Below are positions 29,892-39,763 of a stretch of DNA of 64,000 bases, one piece after another. The position numbers were made by a program, and so were the translations under genes. Origin of the DNA: Candidatus Methanoperedenaceae archaeon (GTDB lineage Archaea; Halobacteriota; Methanosarcinia; Methanosarcinales; Methanoperedenaceae); contig CAVWCX010000036.1 of NCBI GenBank assembly GCA_963753595.1, positions 64,001 through 128,000 of the forward strand. Reading direction: 5' to 3'. Position 1 is the first letter of the stretch. The number at the start of each line of letters is the position of its first letter. Below the pieces are notes generated by a model, which searched no databases, had not been told where the DNA came from, and saw only the letters and a list, made by a program, of their open reading frames with translations.

Positions 29892-30530
29892 ATGTCTGAA
29901 ATCACGAATAGTTTTAAAGATATTTTTACAAAATATGAATCCGCCAAATACGATTTCTTTAAATGGCGCTTTGAATCAAAATTAGAAAATAAACTTGCTC
30001 TTGCATTTGTTTTTGCATGCCTGACAGGAATATTTGCCCAACTAAGGTTCTACCTGCCTTATACACCAGTGCCGGTTACAGGCCAGGTCTTTGCGGTCCT
30101 TCTTTCAGGAGTCATCCTTGGAAAATGGTATGGCGGCATAAGCCAGGGATTATATGCAGTATTAGGCGTTGCCGGAGTTCCATGGTTCACAGGGGGAAAA
30201 GCAGGTTTAGAGATCCTCACAGGAGTCACCGGTGGTTATATAATCGGATTCATTTTTGCTTCATTGATCATCGGCTGGTTCACTGACAGATATATAAAAT
30301 CCAGGAGTTTTGCAGGTCTTTTCAGCCTCATGGTTCTTGGTATTGCGATAATCTACATCTTTGGTGTTGTCCAGCTGTTACTGGTACTTGGAGTTAATGT
30401 ACAAAAAGCCATTGAACTGGGGGCACTGCCATTCATTGGCGTCGATATATACAAGGCATTGATAGTTTCGGCAATAGCTGCTGCGATAGTACCAGGAAAA
30501 GCATACGGGAATGAACTTGATGCGAAATAA
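29892..30530 (+). CDS. bioY: biotin transporter BioY
   Basis: TPVPVTGQ, G.PWF, TGGYIIGF, PFI..D..K. Confidence 0.93.
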   Translation: MSEITNSFKDIFTKYESAKYDFFKWRFESKLENKLALAFVFACLTGIFAQLRFYLPYTPVPVTGQVFAVLLSGVILGKWYGGISQGLYAVLGVAGVPWFTGGKAGLEILTGVTGGYIIGFIFASLIIGWFTDRYIKSRSFAGLFSLMVLGIAIIYIFGVVQLLLVLGVNVQKAIELGALPFIGVDIYKALIVSAIAAAIVPGKAYGNELDAK

Positions 30531-30548
30531 TACCCGAAAAAAGACCTG

Positions 30549-31433
30549 ATGCCAGTAATAAAAGATATGATTCAGAAAAAAGATATTTCAGCTATTGTAA
30601 AAGAAGTCTCCCTGACTGGCATCAAATCCAATATCCAGCACCTGGCTGGCTATTCCACTCGCTTTACATTCTCAGATAAGGCGGCTCTTGCCAGGGAGTG
30701 GATATATGATCAATTCAGTACACTGGGATATTCTGATGTGACATATCAGGATTTTGTCCTTTGTGACTCATTACAGAAAAATATAGTCTGTACAAAGCAA
30801 GGGAATAGAGAATCGGATAAGATCATTGTTCTTTGCGCACATTATGATTCAACAGGGAAATCGACAACAGGGTGGGACTGGCAAACATGTCCTTCCCCTG
30901 GCGCAAATGATAATGCAAGCGGTGTGGCGGCCATGATTGAGATCGCACGTATCCTCAGTAATATAGATATGAATTATACCATCCGTTTCATTGCCTTTAC
31001 AGGCGAGGAACAGAACCTGTGGGGTTCCAGGGCATACGCAGATCACGCCCTTTCGAATAATATGAATATCGTTTTGGTCATAAATCTTGATGAAATAGGA
31101 TATCCGGATGTAAAGCCTGGATGGAAAGTTATTATTGGGAAGGATCAGGGTAATGGCTCACCTGGAAATACTGCTTCCCAAAAATTTGTGGAAGTGATCC
31201 GACAGGCTGCTTCTTTATATACTGATCTTACCATTAAATTGTCAGATCTCTGGAAAAGCGATCATATGCCTTTTAACTCAGCTGGTTTTACAGTCATTGG
31301 AGTGTGCCAGGCTGGCAGGTACCCCCACAATCATGAGGTAACCGATACTTATGACAATATAGACATTGACTACGTAGTAGAAGTGACCAGAATGACAGCG
31401 GCGACTATAATGCAAGTGGCAGGGATATCGTAA
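30549..31433 (+). CDS. M28 family peptidase
   Basis: AHYDS, GANDNASG, GEEQ, NLD, SDH.PF, HEVTD. Confidence 0.92.
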   Translation: MPVIKDMIQKKDISAIVKEVSLTGIKSNIQHLAGYSTRFTFSDKAALAREWIYDQFSTLGYSDVTYQDFVLCDSLQKNIVCTKQGNRESDKIIVLCAHYDSTGKSTTGWDWQTCPSPGANDNASGVAAMIEIARILSNIDMNYTIRFIAFTGEEQNLWGSRAYADHALSNNMNIVLVINLDEIGYPDVKPGWKVIIGKDQGNGSPGNTASQKFVEVIRQAASLYTDLTIKLSDLWKSDHMPFNSAGFTVIGVCQAGRYPHNHEVTDTYDNIDIDYVVEVTRMTAATIMQVAGIS

Positions 31434-31897
31434 TGATATACATCGCTGATTCCTCCCTTTTCATTATCGGGAAAAGGATCGAAGGAAATATAATCACAGT
31501 TCCATCAGTTGTTGATGAAATAAGGGATGATAGATCCCGTACTATCCTGGAATTGATGAATGTCAGGATCGAGCCTGTGCTTCAAAGTTTTATCCGGGAA
31601 GTAACAACGAAAGCAAGGGCAAACAGGGATAGTGAAGAACTCTCAAAAACCGATATAGACCTGCTGGCAAAGGCTCTTGAATATACCCGGAATGAAGAGA
31701 CCACGCTCATCAGCGATGATTATGCCGTCCAGAATACTGCGATCCAGCTGGGAATAAAGGTCATGCCGGCAGGGCAGAAAAAGATCAGGGATGTTCTTCA
31801 ATGGGAAAAATTCTGTATCGGATGCAAACGGCGGTTCCCGCAGGGAGATGACTGCCCTGTGTGCGGTACGCCCCTTAAGAAAATGAGAAAGAAATGA
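31433..31897 (+). CDS. nob1: NOB1 family endonuclease
   Basis: DSS.FI, LSKTD, DDYAVQN, C..C...CPVCG. Confidence 0.9.
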   Translation: MIYIADSSLFIIGKRIEGNIITVPSVVDEIRDDRSRTILELMNVRIEPVLQSFIREVTTKARANRDSEELSKTDIDLLAKALEYTRNEETTLISDDYAVQNTAIQLGIKVMPAGQKKIRDVLQWEKFCIGCKRRFPQGDDCPVCGTPLKKMRKK

Positions 31898-31903
31898 ATT
31901 TTA

Positions 31904-31920
31904 TAGTCCCGGGCGGACTC
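31904..31920 (-). other. provirus attachment site: duplicated tRNA 3' end (probably tRNA-Gln)
   Basis: Reverse complement GAGTCCGCCCGGGACTA is a T-loop end, T-stem and acceptor strand complementary to AGTCCCG, the usual archaeal tRNA-Gln 5' end; exactly at the host/virus boundary. Confidence 0.75.
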
Positions 31921-32117
31921 AGTATTCTATATGTGGAATCCCCCATAAATTAGAAATAAACCAAAATAAGTCACTTTGCAAAGTTGCAAAGCTTCAAGCT
32001 ATCAGTGCGAACTCAGTTTATAATTCTGTCTTAATAAGTAATAAGTCTTATCATACAATTTGAGGTGATGTTGCTTTGCCTCGCAGAGCCCGACCGTCCT
32101 CATATTTCGATTATCAA

Positions 32118-34430
32118 TCAATACGTTACCAAAGAACCAACAAAAGCTATACTCTTCCCGCAGATCGCATCAGGCTTCCAGAAATGCAGATCCTGCGGGG
32201 ATGCCAGTTGTGTTGTACCGTCTAAGAGGGCAGGTGTCCCGTATTTGGTATAAGATACGCTAAAGGATTTTCCAGAAAGTCCCACAATCACCGAACGACC
32301 ATCGTATTTTGTATTTTTCACAAATACCTGATAGAATCCAGTGTCTGGATTTACAGTACCCATCTGATCTAATCCGATTGAATAGGTGCTGGTAATGATC
32401 ACTTTCGTGCCAGCAATGATATTTTCATATTGATCTCTGACGTACCCTGATAACACTTGACCCACTGTGGTTTCCGAATATGTTTTTATTAATAGGATTT
32501 CCCGTCTGTCAAATGTTCTTCCGGACAGGGATTCTGGTATCCAGATCTCATCTACACCAACTGTCCAGATACTGTATTTCTGCAGTGCGTTATAATTATT
32601 CCCGGACAGGGGTTCGGAAATATAATCACCGCCAGCAGGAGACGATGGATATCCAGCAGTTGTTCGAGGGTTTACGTTATTTAATTCGATAGGGGAAACA
32701 ATTAATGGGTTTGGGGCAGGCATATAATCCGATAATTGCTTTTCCAGCAACAGTTCTCTTGCCTGGATTTTTACAAATTCCCAGATGGTCAATCCATCAA
32801 ATATTGAGGTCTCCCGCCCGTCTGAATATAGTATTGCTTTCCACTTATAATAATAACCAGTGTATCCGCCCGGTAATGCTATTGCCTGGCCAATATAGTC
32901 ATAAAATGTTGCGGAAGTACCGTCTGGCCCGCAATAATTGCTCCAGCTTGTGCCGTTGTCGCTAAATGCTAATTGAAACTTGACGCTGCTTCCTGTGGGC
33001 TGTGTGACCGCCATTAACAGTTCATCGTATTGGTCGATGTTTGGCAAAGATACCGCCATATTCGATGTGACCGAACCCTCTAATTTATATCTTGTCAGTA
33101 CGATATTTCTTATATCCAGATATTCAGTTCCTGCACTTGTTCCCGTGGTCGAACAACGTAAACGCATTTCAAAAGCTAGAGACTTGAAAACCAGAGCCTG
33201 GTGTTCGAACAGATAGAACTGCGTTTCCATGAAATCATATAAAGCATTGCCTGGAACATAGGGGTCGATCTCGATTTTAATATATCGTTTCTGCACTGGA
33301 ATAAATTGCTGCTCTTCCCACACCCCTGCAGTGCCTGAAATATTCCAGCCTGAGATTTCAGTTGTCCAATCCGTTAAATTATTGCTTGAATATATATCAC
33401 AAACGTAACCAGACGATAGGCCACGCCAGAATACTTTCACTCCGCCTACTATAGCGCCCGCGCCAAGATCATAAATAATCCAGTGTCTTTCATCTACATA
33501 ATGCCGCCATTCAGTTGTTGTATTCCCGTCCCGCGTATTCGCTGCGGTAAAAGATGTTTCCTGACCGCAATATGAGTTTATCGTTGGGGGAACTGTCCAG
33601 CCTTTAGTATTTGCTGCTCTCGTAAATTTTACAACACCCGCTTTATCCAGAACCTCAAACGTGAATAGTGAGCCTCTGACAAGGGCAAAATCAAAGTCAA
33701 TTTGTATGAAGCCAGAATCATCATAACCTGTACCGTTATATTTCCATTTGTACCGTGTGGCCTGCTCGTTAGCATCCGTTGCCGTTACCGATAAGGAAGC
33801 AGGCAGGGAACTCATCAACCGTTTCATTCCTGCATCTTGAATATCGGTTGTTGTCGCCTCCATTGCTCCTGTTCTGCTAAATTCATATACGTAATCGGGT
33901 ACAAACGTCTCGGTTTCCACTGTAAATGATCTATCAGCAACCGTCCCGCCCTGTATCACATTTACTGTTGTGATGTCCATCTGTTCAGCTTTCACCCAGG
34001 ATTGCTCTAAATGAACGGTCTCCACAATGGGATCGCTATCCAACCACGTGAATCCAGCATCTGATTTTGAAAGAACAAATGGTGATTTTCCTAATCCTTC
34101 ATTCCAGCTCTCTACGTTAAACGCATCACCCGCTGTCCCGCCTGTAACGGTTATATTTGTAACGTCCTGAACTCCTGTGTCCCCTGCATTCAATACTACC
34201 TGAATATGTGAACCAGACGTTGTACCAGCAGCCACGCTGGTTGAAACTGCTGTGACCTCTGCCGTGTTTCCAAATTGATCCACATAGGTAACCGTGACGT
34301 CCAGAGGCGCAGAGCCAATATTTGCAGTGGGTTTAATAAATAATCGTAATCCACCGCCTGTTATGACACTGCCGTTAGTGAATCCTGTTCCTACCTTAAA
34401 GGAACCAAACACGACCGTATCAAATGTCAT
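32118..34430 (-). CDS. viral tail/adhesin protein with discoidin (F5/8)-like domain
   Basis: RDGNTTTEW...WIIYDLG...IYSSN..WT...RYIKI; beta-rich; C-terminal SGYVRD prealbumin-like segment. Confidence 0.7.
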   Translation of the reverse strand: MTFDTVVFGSFKVGTGFTNGSVITGGGLRLFIKPTANIGSAPLDVTVTYVDQFGNTAEVTAVSTSVAAGTTSGSHIQVVLNAGDTGVQDVTNITVTGGTAGDAFNVESWNEGLGKSPFVLSKSDAGFTWLDSDPIVETVHLEQSWVKAEQMDITTVNVIQGGTVADRSFTVETETFVPDYVYEFSRTGAMEATTTDIQDAGMKRLMSSLPASLSVTATDANEQATRYKWKYNGTGYDDSGFIQIDFDFALVRGSLFTFEVLDKAGVVKFTRAANTKGWTVPPTINSYCGQETSFTAANTRDGNTTTEWRHYVDERHWIIYDLGAGAIVGGVKVFWRGLSSGYVCDIYSSNNLTDWTTEISGWNISGTAGVWEEQQFIPVQKRYIKIEIDPYVPGNALYDFMETQFYLFEHQALVFKSLAFEMRLRCSTTGTSAGTEYLDIRNIVLTRYKLEGSVTSNMAVSLPNIDQYDELLMAVTQPTGSSVKFQLAFSDNGTSWSNYCGPDGTSATFYDYIGQAIALPGGYTGYYYKWKAILYSDGRETSIFDGLTIWEFVKIQARELLLEKQLSDYMPAPNPLIVSPIELNNVNPRTTAGYPSSPAGGDYISEPLSGNNYNALQKYSIWTVGVDEIWIPESLSGRTFDRREILLIKTYSETTVGQVLSGYVRDQYENIIAGTKVIITSTYSIGLDQMGTVNPDTGFYQVFVKNTKYDGRSVIVGLSGKSFSVSYTKYGTPALLDGTTQLASPQDLHFWKPDAICGKSIAFVGSLVTY

Positions 34431-35356
34431 GCCACGTATTTTATTGCATAGGTTAGTCTTCCTGTGGTATCCGGGCTGTCAAGACCCTTACAGAGATATT
34501 TCGTGGTCTGTCCTTCGATTGCTATAACGTCACCATCTACCAATCCTACGGTTTCAGCATACGCGAAAAACATTTCACTCTGAGCAATGGGTGTCCTTCT
34601 ATCGGCTGTATTAAAATAAATCGGTTTTATATAATACACTTTGCCGTTGCCATTACTCTTAAATGAAGTCCACGGACAGGCTGGAAAATAGATTCCACTA
34701 ACATTAATTGTTACCATACCTTCCTGATTATAGTCTCGGTTCTGATAGGTGAATGGTCTAATATACGGCGTCATATAACAATCAGCAGTATATGTCCCGT
34801 TCAGGTAATTGCAGACACTATAGCAGAAGAAATTCGAGAAGCCATCAGTGTATTCTTTATTTGGATTTCGTTCAACAACCAAAAAGAAAGCACCCTGTCG
34901 ATCATCCGATGCATTTGGTTCTGGTTTTCCAGTGATTACGAATCCAGTAGCGTCTATCCATAGATAGTATGTTACCTGGAGTGTCGCCAGGTCAGCAATT
35001 ACGGCGCCGCTATATCTACCCTCAAACTGCAGATACGTCATGTATGTTCTGGATGTAGGAGCGTGGCCTGTTCCATCCCAGGCTGCTGAGAATGTTACTC
35101 TTAATCCTGTCGCATATCTATGATATCCCGACACATAATAAACACTCCCCGAAGTATTGATTGACTCCAGCGCAAGATACATCACTTCGCCACCATTGGT
35201 ATATTTCAAACATCTTCTTGCAAGGTTTCCTGTTTTTGTAGCTGTCGTCCATGCAGAGTCTCCATCTGTCCAGTAACCGCCAGAGGACGCAATTAAAGCG
35301 GCGGCTATTTCATCTATGATATCCGGTAATATCTTCGCTCCCGTTGTGTATCCCAT
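34427..35356 (-). CDS. putative tail fibre / receptor-binding protein, paralogue A
   Basis: Paralogue of 35535-36467, located in the tail module. Confidence 0.65.
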   Translation of the reverse strand: MGYTTGAKILPDIIDEIAAALIASSGGYWTDGDSAWTTATKTGNLARRCLKYTNGGEVMYLALESINTSGSVYYVSGYHRYATGLRVTFSAAWDGTGHAPTSRTYMTYLQFEGRYSGAVIADLATLQVTYYLWIDATGFVITGKPEPNASDDRQGAFFLVVERNPNKEYTDGFSNFFCYSVCNYLNGTYTADCYMTPYIRPFTYQNRDYNQEGMVTINVSGIYFPACPWTSFKSNGNGKVYYIKPIYFNTADRRTPIAQSEMFFAYAETVGLVDGDVIAIEGQTTKYLCKGLDSPDTTGRLTYAIKYVA

Positions 35357-35524
35357 TTAAACCAGCTCCTTAATGACAGTCATGTATTCCTCAGCAGTAA
35401 CTGGACTATCGCCAGGCGCTTTTAAAACCACTTTTCTTGTGTGTGGAAGAGAGGTGCTTGGTTCCTCGATATGAATACCTGCTTCTTTCAGTTCCTGTAA
35501 TATTTCACTTTTAGTTCTCGTCAT
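35357..35524 (-). CDS. small 55-aa protein (not in ORF track)
   Basis: MTRTKSEILQELKEAGIHIEEPSTSLPHTRKVVLKAPGDSPVTAEEYMTVIKELV*; abuts the next start; similar to 36468-36632. Confidence 0.7.
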   Translation of the reverse strand: MTRTKSEILQELKEAGIHIEEPSTSLPHTRKVVLKAPGDSPVTAEEYMTVIKELV

Positions 35525-35534
35525 AGTTCTTCTC

Positions 35535-36467
35535 CTATGCTACGTATTTTATCGCAAACGTCAGCCTCGTTGTGCTATCTGGACTGTCTAACGCCTTGCA
35601 TAGATATTTCGTAGTCTCTCCTTCAATTGCTATAACATCACCATCAACCAGACCCACGCCTTCATCAAAGGCGAAGAAAATCTCTGACTGAAAAATCGGT
35701 GACCTCTCATCTCTTGCATTACAAATAATCGGTTTTACATAATACACTTTGCCGTTGCCTGTACTCTTATACGCTAAATACGGACACAGAGGGAAAACAA
35801 TCCCAACCATATCAATCCCGGTCCACGATTGCTGATTATAGTCCTGTGAAACATAAGCGAACGGCCTTACCACCTGGCGCATCTGCCAGTTTGTAGTTCC
35901 ATTTCCATTCTCCAAATTACATTGGAAAAAGCCATGAAAATTCGAGAAGCCATCAGTGTATTCTTTATTCGGATTTCGCTCCACTACCGCAAGGAATGAA
36001 CCCTGGTAATTATTTCCACTGGGTTCTGATTTCGCCATAATAACAAATCCCGTAGCATCAACCCAGAGATAGTATGTTACCTGCAGGGTCGCCATATCGA
36101 CTGTATTGCTTGCGCCAGAATAATAACTTTCAAATGCTATGAAAGTGAAGTAATCTGTTGCGCCATAGATGTGAGCACCGCTGTCCCACGATGCTGAAAA
36201 AGTAATCCTCAATCCTTTACTATACGCCCAAGATGAGCCACCGTTCCACCAAGTATTAATCTGCGTGTTAATACATTCCAGCGCAAGATATACGACCTCG
36301 GCGCCATTCGTGTATTTCAACGCTCGCCGTGCAAGGTTTCCTGTTTTTGTAGTGGTTGTCCAGGCTGCGTCTGCATTCGTCCAGTTTCCGCCAGAGGAGG
36401 CAATTAAAGCGGCGGCTATTTCATCTATGATATCGGGTAATATCTTCGCGCCTGTTGTGTATCCCAT
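35535..36467 (-). CDS. putative tail fibre / receptor-binding protein, paralogue B
   Basis: Same N- and C-termini as paralogue A (MGYTTGAKILPDIIDE...AIKYVA). Confidence 0.65.
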   Translation of the reverse strand: MGYTTGAKILPDIIDEIAAALIASSGGNWTNADAAWTTTTKTGNLARRALKYTNGAEVVYLALECINTQINTWWNGGSSWAYSKGLRITFSASWDSGAHIYGATDYFTFIAFESYYSGASNTVDMATLQVTYYLWVDATGFVIMAKSEPSGNNYQGSFLAVVERNPNKEYTDGFSNFHGFFQCNLENGNGTTNWQMRQVVRPFAYVSQDYNQQSWTGIDMVGIVFPLCPYLAYKSTGNGKVYYVKPIICNARDERSPIFQSEIFFAFDEGVGLVDGDVIAIEGETTKYLCKALDSPDSTTRLTFAIKYVA

Positions 36468-36632
36468 TTAACTCGACTCCTGGATCGCCCTGTTAAATTC
36501 AGACACTGTCGCCAGACTTGTTTCTGGCAATTGTATCACAAGGCGGCGGTATGATTTTCCAGCGGGCGCAGGTTCTATACTGGCAATCCCGTTTGCCAGT
36601 TCCTCTAATATTTCCCGGTTACTCATTGGCAT
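36468..36632 (-). CDS. small 54-aa protein (not in ORF track)
   Basis: MPMSNREILEELANGIASIEPAPAGKSYRRLVIQLPETSLATVSEFNRAIQESS*; abuts the next start. Confidence 0.7.
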   Translation of the reverse strand: MPMSNREILEELANGIASIEPAPAGKSYRRLVIQLPETSLATVSEFNRAIQESS

Positions 36633-36737
36633 TTTTTTCAACCTGCTGTCCCAATTCCTGTTTTAATTTCTTATCTCGTTCCATATCGTAGATATTTCCT
36701 ATTACCCTGCCTTCTATAATCGTTGGTTTCATTTTAT

Positions 36738-37385
36738 TTATACCTCCACGAACCAGCAGCCGTTAAGTATTCTGCCGCCGTTTGATAGTGAATCTCCTTC
36801 TCTACATACTGCTTTTTCGTTTATTCCTGCTATTATAAAATCAAAATCTGAACCTGCGCTTGTAACCGTTACACCAGTGTCCACTTCATCACCCACAACC
36901 GCTACTGCACGTTCTACTTCCACATCCGATACATACATGATCTTGCTTTCGATATCCCAATCACTGGTTGCAGCGCCTTCTTTGTATGCTTTATGAATTG
37001 TGCTGTCGGTTACAACGCTCACCCCACAACTACCGGATACCGTTTTAATTTCAAGATAATAATTTCCAGCCGGCAAAGGATTAAATATAACATGAATTAC
37101 ACTTCCACCTGCAGGTAAATCGGATTCAGTTTCATAGTAGGTCAGGGCTTTTGTTGGAGTATCGTAAAGATTGACTCGAACCCTTGAGCCTTCGACTGCA
37201 TTTCCGATCTTGACCTTGATGCGTCCGAACCAATGGGCAGCAGAGAACTGTTCCCCAACCGAATCAATCATGTAATAATTGGATCTCGTCGTCCCGTTAT
37301 AAGTTTCCATAAACGTCCCGTCTTCTGGCCGGACTTCTACAAAAACAGTGTCCTGCTGGCTTGCGGTGATTTTTCCGATCGTCAT
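36738..37385 (-). CDS. viral structural protein (beta-rich)
   Basis: Start reassigned to MTIGK at 37385, coupled to the upstream stop. Confidence 0.65.
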   Translation of the reverse strand: MTIGKITASQQDTVFVEVRPEDGTFMETYNGTTRSNYYMIDSVGEQFSAAHWFGRIKVKIGNAVEGSRVRVNLYDTPTKALTYYETESDLPAGGSVIHVIFNPLPAGNYYLEIKTVSGSCGVSVVTDSTIHKAYKEGAATSDWDIESKIMYVSDVEVERAVAVVGDEVDTGVTVTSAGSDFDFIIAGINEKAVCREGDSLSNGGRILNGCWFVEV

Positions 37386-37726
37386 TATGCTGACCTCTTG
37401 AAGACAATCTTTCCTGTCTTTCCGGCAGTAATATGGATCTCGCATGGCGCCCCGTCAGGGCTGCACTCCACTGTCGGCTGTACCAGAGACAAAGCGCACC
37501 CGGAACCGACTATTTTGTTAGCGGAGCCGCCGCCGAGCTCCACCCCATTGTAGAGCGCTTTTCCCGTACCGGATGTATCAATAGTTATATTCTTGTTTGT
37601 TCCCGCAGTCAGAGCAAGCCCATCTGCACCAATAATACGTCTGATCACAAGCTCCTTATTGGTTTCCAGGAACTTCCAGATCGCCTTGTCAATAAGGTCC
37701 TGCGTATCGTTGGTGCTCTTCTCCAT
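37385..37726 (-). CDS. viral hypothetical tail protein
   Basis: Co-oriented, tightly packed ORF in the tail module. Confidence 0.6.
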   Translation of the reverse strand: MEKSTNDTQDLIDKAIWKFLETNKELVIRRIIGADGLALTAGTNKNITIDTSGTGKALYNGVELGGGSANKIVGSGCALSLVQPTVECSPDGAPCEIHITAGKTGKIVFKRSA

Positions 37727-37732
37727 GATCTC

Positions 37733-39694
37733 CTACTCCGAATATTCCCAATTGTAGTTGAACCGCATCGCCTCTATCTGCTCATATCTCTGTCTCCCGC
37801 TGAACCTGAGTACCTGTTTTGTACAAAGGAAGTCCTCCTGTGTTCCCGTAAGTTCATCATCCAGCCTTACAGTCTTCCCCACAAGATCCGTTGTATCTAT
37901 GTACTGCGGCTTCACTACTGCTGAGATATAGACAACTGGTGCATGATACGATTCCACAAGTTCATGGGCATAGAAATCACACTTTAATTGGGTGTCAAAA
38001 TCCATGTTCAGGATGGTGTCAGCTCTGAGACCGAACAGGTTTATTGATCTGCCCGCTACTCCGTACATGAATTCCTCAACTTTTATCCTGCATCCCCAGA
38101 AGCCGGTGATATTCAGACCGGTGTTAGGCGATATGTTCATTGATAGTGAATAGTAACGGTAATCCGTAACATGGCTAATCTCCTGCCCGGCTGGTACCCT
38201 GAGAAAGAATCGTTCTTCCAGTAATGTTTCAGGACTGTCTATCGGACTTGAGAATCCACGCAATTTCACGCTTCCGGTCCTATCACTCACTGTAGTATTT
38301 GAGATCGTGACTTTCAGGTAATTTACCTTTGTTGGCTGTTGTACAGTGTTTATGTAAAGGTCATTTGATGAAATTAATACCCCAATATCCATTTCATAAG
38401 GATCATTACCCACCCACATATTATTAGTAAGGGGCGTGGTTGTGAGTTGGATCTCACTATCTACTGATACAACCGAACATTCCTGGCCTGCTGGAATATT
38501 CTTCACTCGATCTCCGCTCTTTACACCCCAGGTCTGGAAGGAAGCGTCTGTGTCAATCAGTATTGTTGAACTACCCCCATCCGAGGCAACCAACTCCTCA
38601 GTACCCAACAGTAGTTTTTCGCCAAGCGTCTGGGTCTTTAAAGTTCCTTGTCCTTTGACAATAACATGATTCAGTAGTTTCTTGTAATCCTTCCCTATAT
38701 CCTTTGGTGGCTGGAGTTTCCAGTCAGGGAGTGTTTGTGTGCCTTTGCCTTCTAACCGGATGGCATTGCCGGTCCCACCGCCCGACCCTGTTATGTTGGT
38801 GATATCTTTTACAAGTTTGTCCCCTGGCTCCAGTGGAACGGGATAATAAGTGCCTTTTGGCGTATCTCTCGGGATCACTACAGTACCCGTATTTGGGTTG
38901 GCACCCCCCTGGTCAGTATAAGTGATCGTTAATGTTAGATCCGAGCTGGTTATATCTTCGAGCGACTTCGCCCATAGCATGAGACCGTAAGGATGAATAA
39001 AATGGTCTGTGAATCCCACGCCCACTTCGAAGTCCCCGAATGCGACCGAGTCGATCGAAACCATCTGTGGGATAATATAGATGTAATTGTCATCCTGCAA
39101 ACTGTCAACCTTGATCGCCCATTGCCCTGTGCGGGATATTTCCAGGATATCCATCTGTTTTGTTAATTCAGTAAGTGCATCCCATATCGTGTTTGTAAAG
39201 GTCGGGGAGATCAATTCTGTCTCGAAAAAGGATGGATGATATGGAAGCCTGGCAGGATCGTATCTATAGGTCTGCTTCTTCACAACTCCTGCTGAGTTTG
39301 CTATCCTGCACAGGTCTGCAAGTATGAAGTCTGTGGATCGATCGACATAGCTCTCTGTGCCGCCTGCGGACTCTGTGATATATATTGCCTCAAGTTCCTT
39401 TCGCCAATCGTAAACGCCGGTGGTTAGCGTCCTGTATTTGTTGCTGCCGCGCCTGTAATCCGGTGCGCGCAAATACCCATCGAATAACTTCTTATTCCCA
39501 TCATATAGCCTGATCCCACGAGCCTTTTCGAGCGCCGGGTCTGGCGTATTCCTGACTGAAGTTATCTGCAGCACATCGCCTTCGAATAACGACCTGGTTA
39601 TCTCTATCGATGCGCCTTTAGGGTGCAGAATTTCATATGTGCCAGTGCCGAAGCCATCGGGGCTCTTTATGTAACCTTCGAATTTGAGTGTCAC
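37733..39694 (-). CDS. baseplate hub / tail tip-like protein
   Basis: Position after the tape-measure slot; KLFDGY, NHVIVKG, SINLFGLR hub-like segments. Confidence 0.6.
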   Translation of the reverse strand: MTLKFEGYIKSPDGFGTGTYEILHPKGASIEITRSLFEGDVLQITSVRNTPDPALEKARGIRLYDGNKKLFDGYLRAPDYRRGSNKYRTLTTGVYDWRKELEAIYITESAGGTESYVDRSTDFILADLCRIANSAGVVKKQTYRYDPARLPYHPSFFETELISPTFTNTIWDALTELTKQMDILEISRTGQWAIKVDSLQDDNYIYIIPQMVSIDSVAFGDFEVGVGFTDHFIHPYGLMLWAKSLEDITSSDLTLTITYTDQGGANPNTGTVVIPRDTPKGTYYPVPLEPGDKLVKDITNITGSGGGTGNAIRLEGKGTQTLPDWKLQPPKDIGKDYKKLLNHVIVKGQGTLKTQTLGEKLLLGTEELVASDGGSSTILIDTDASFQTWGVKSGDRVKNIPAGQECSVVSVDSEIQLTTTPLTNNMWVGNDPYEMDIGVLISSNDLYINTVQQPTKVNYLKVTISNTTVSDRTGSVKLRGFSSPIDSPETLLEERFFLRVPAGQEISHVTDYRYYSLSMNISPNTGLNITGFWGCRIKVEEFMYGVAGRSINLFGLRADTILNMDFDTQLKCDFYAHELVESYHAPVVYISAVVKPQYIDTTDLVGKTVRLDDELTGTQEDFLCTKQVLRFSGRQRYEQIEAMRFNYNWEYSE

Positions 39695-39763
39695 AGTGAC
39701 AATGGTAATGTCCTGCGTTGTAATATAACTATTGTATCACTATGGTGATAAATAACCGAATGA

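Noticed and set aside
34427-36467. Diversity-generating retroelement (TR/VR pair)
   Set aside because: Both copies are full ORFs, differences are not adenine-specific, and no reverse transcriptase is in the window
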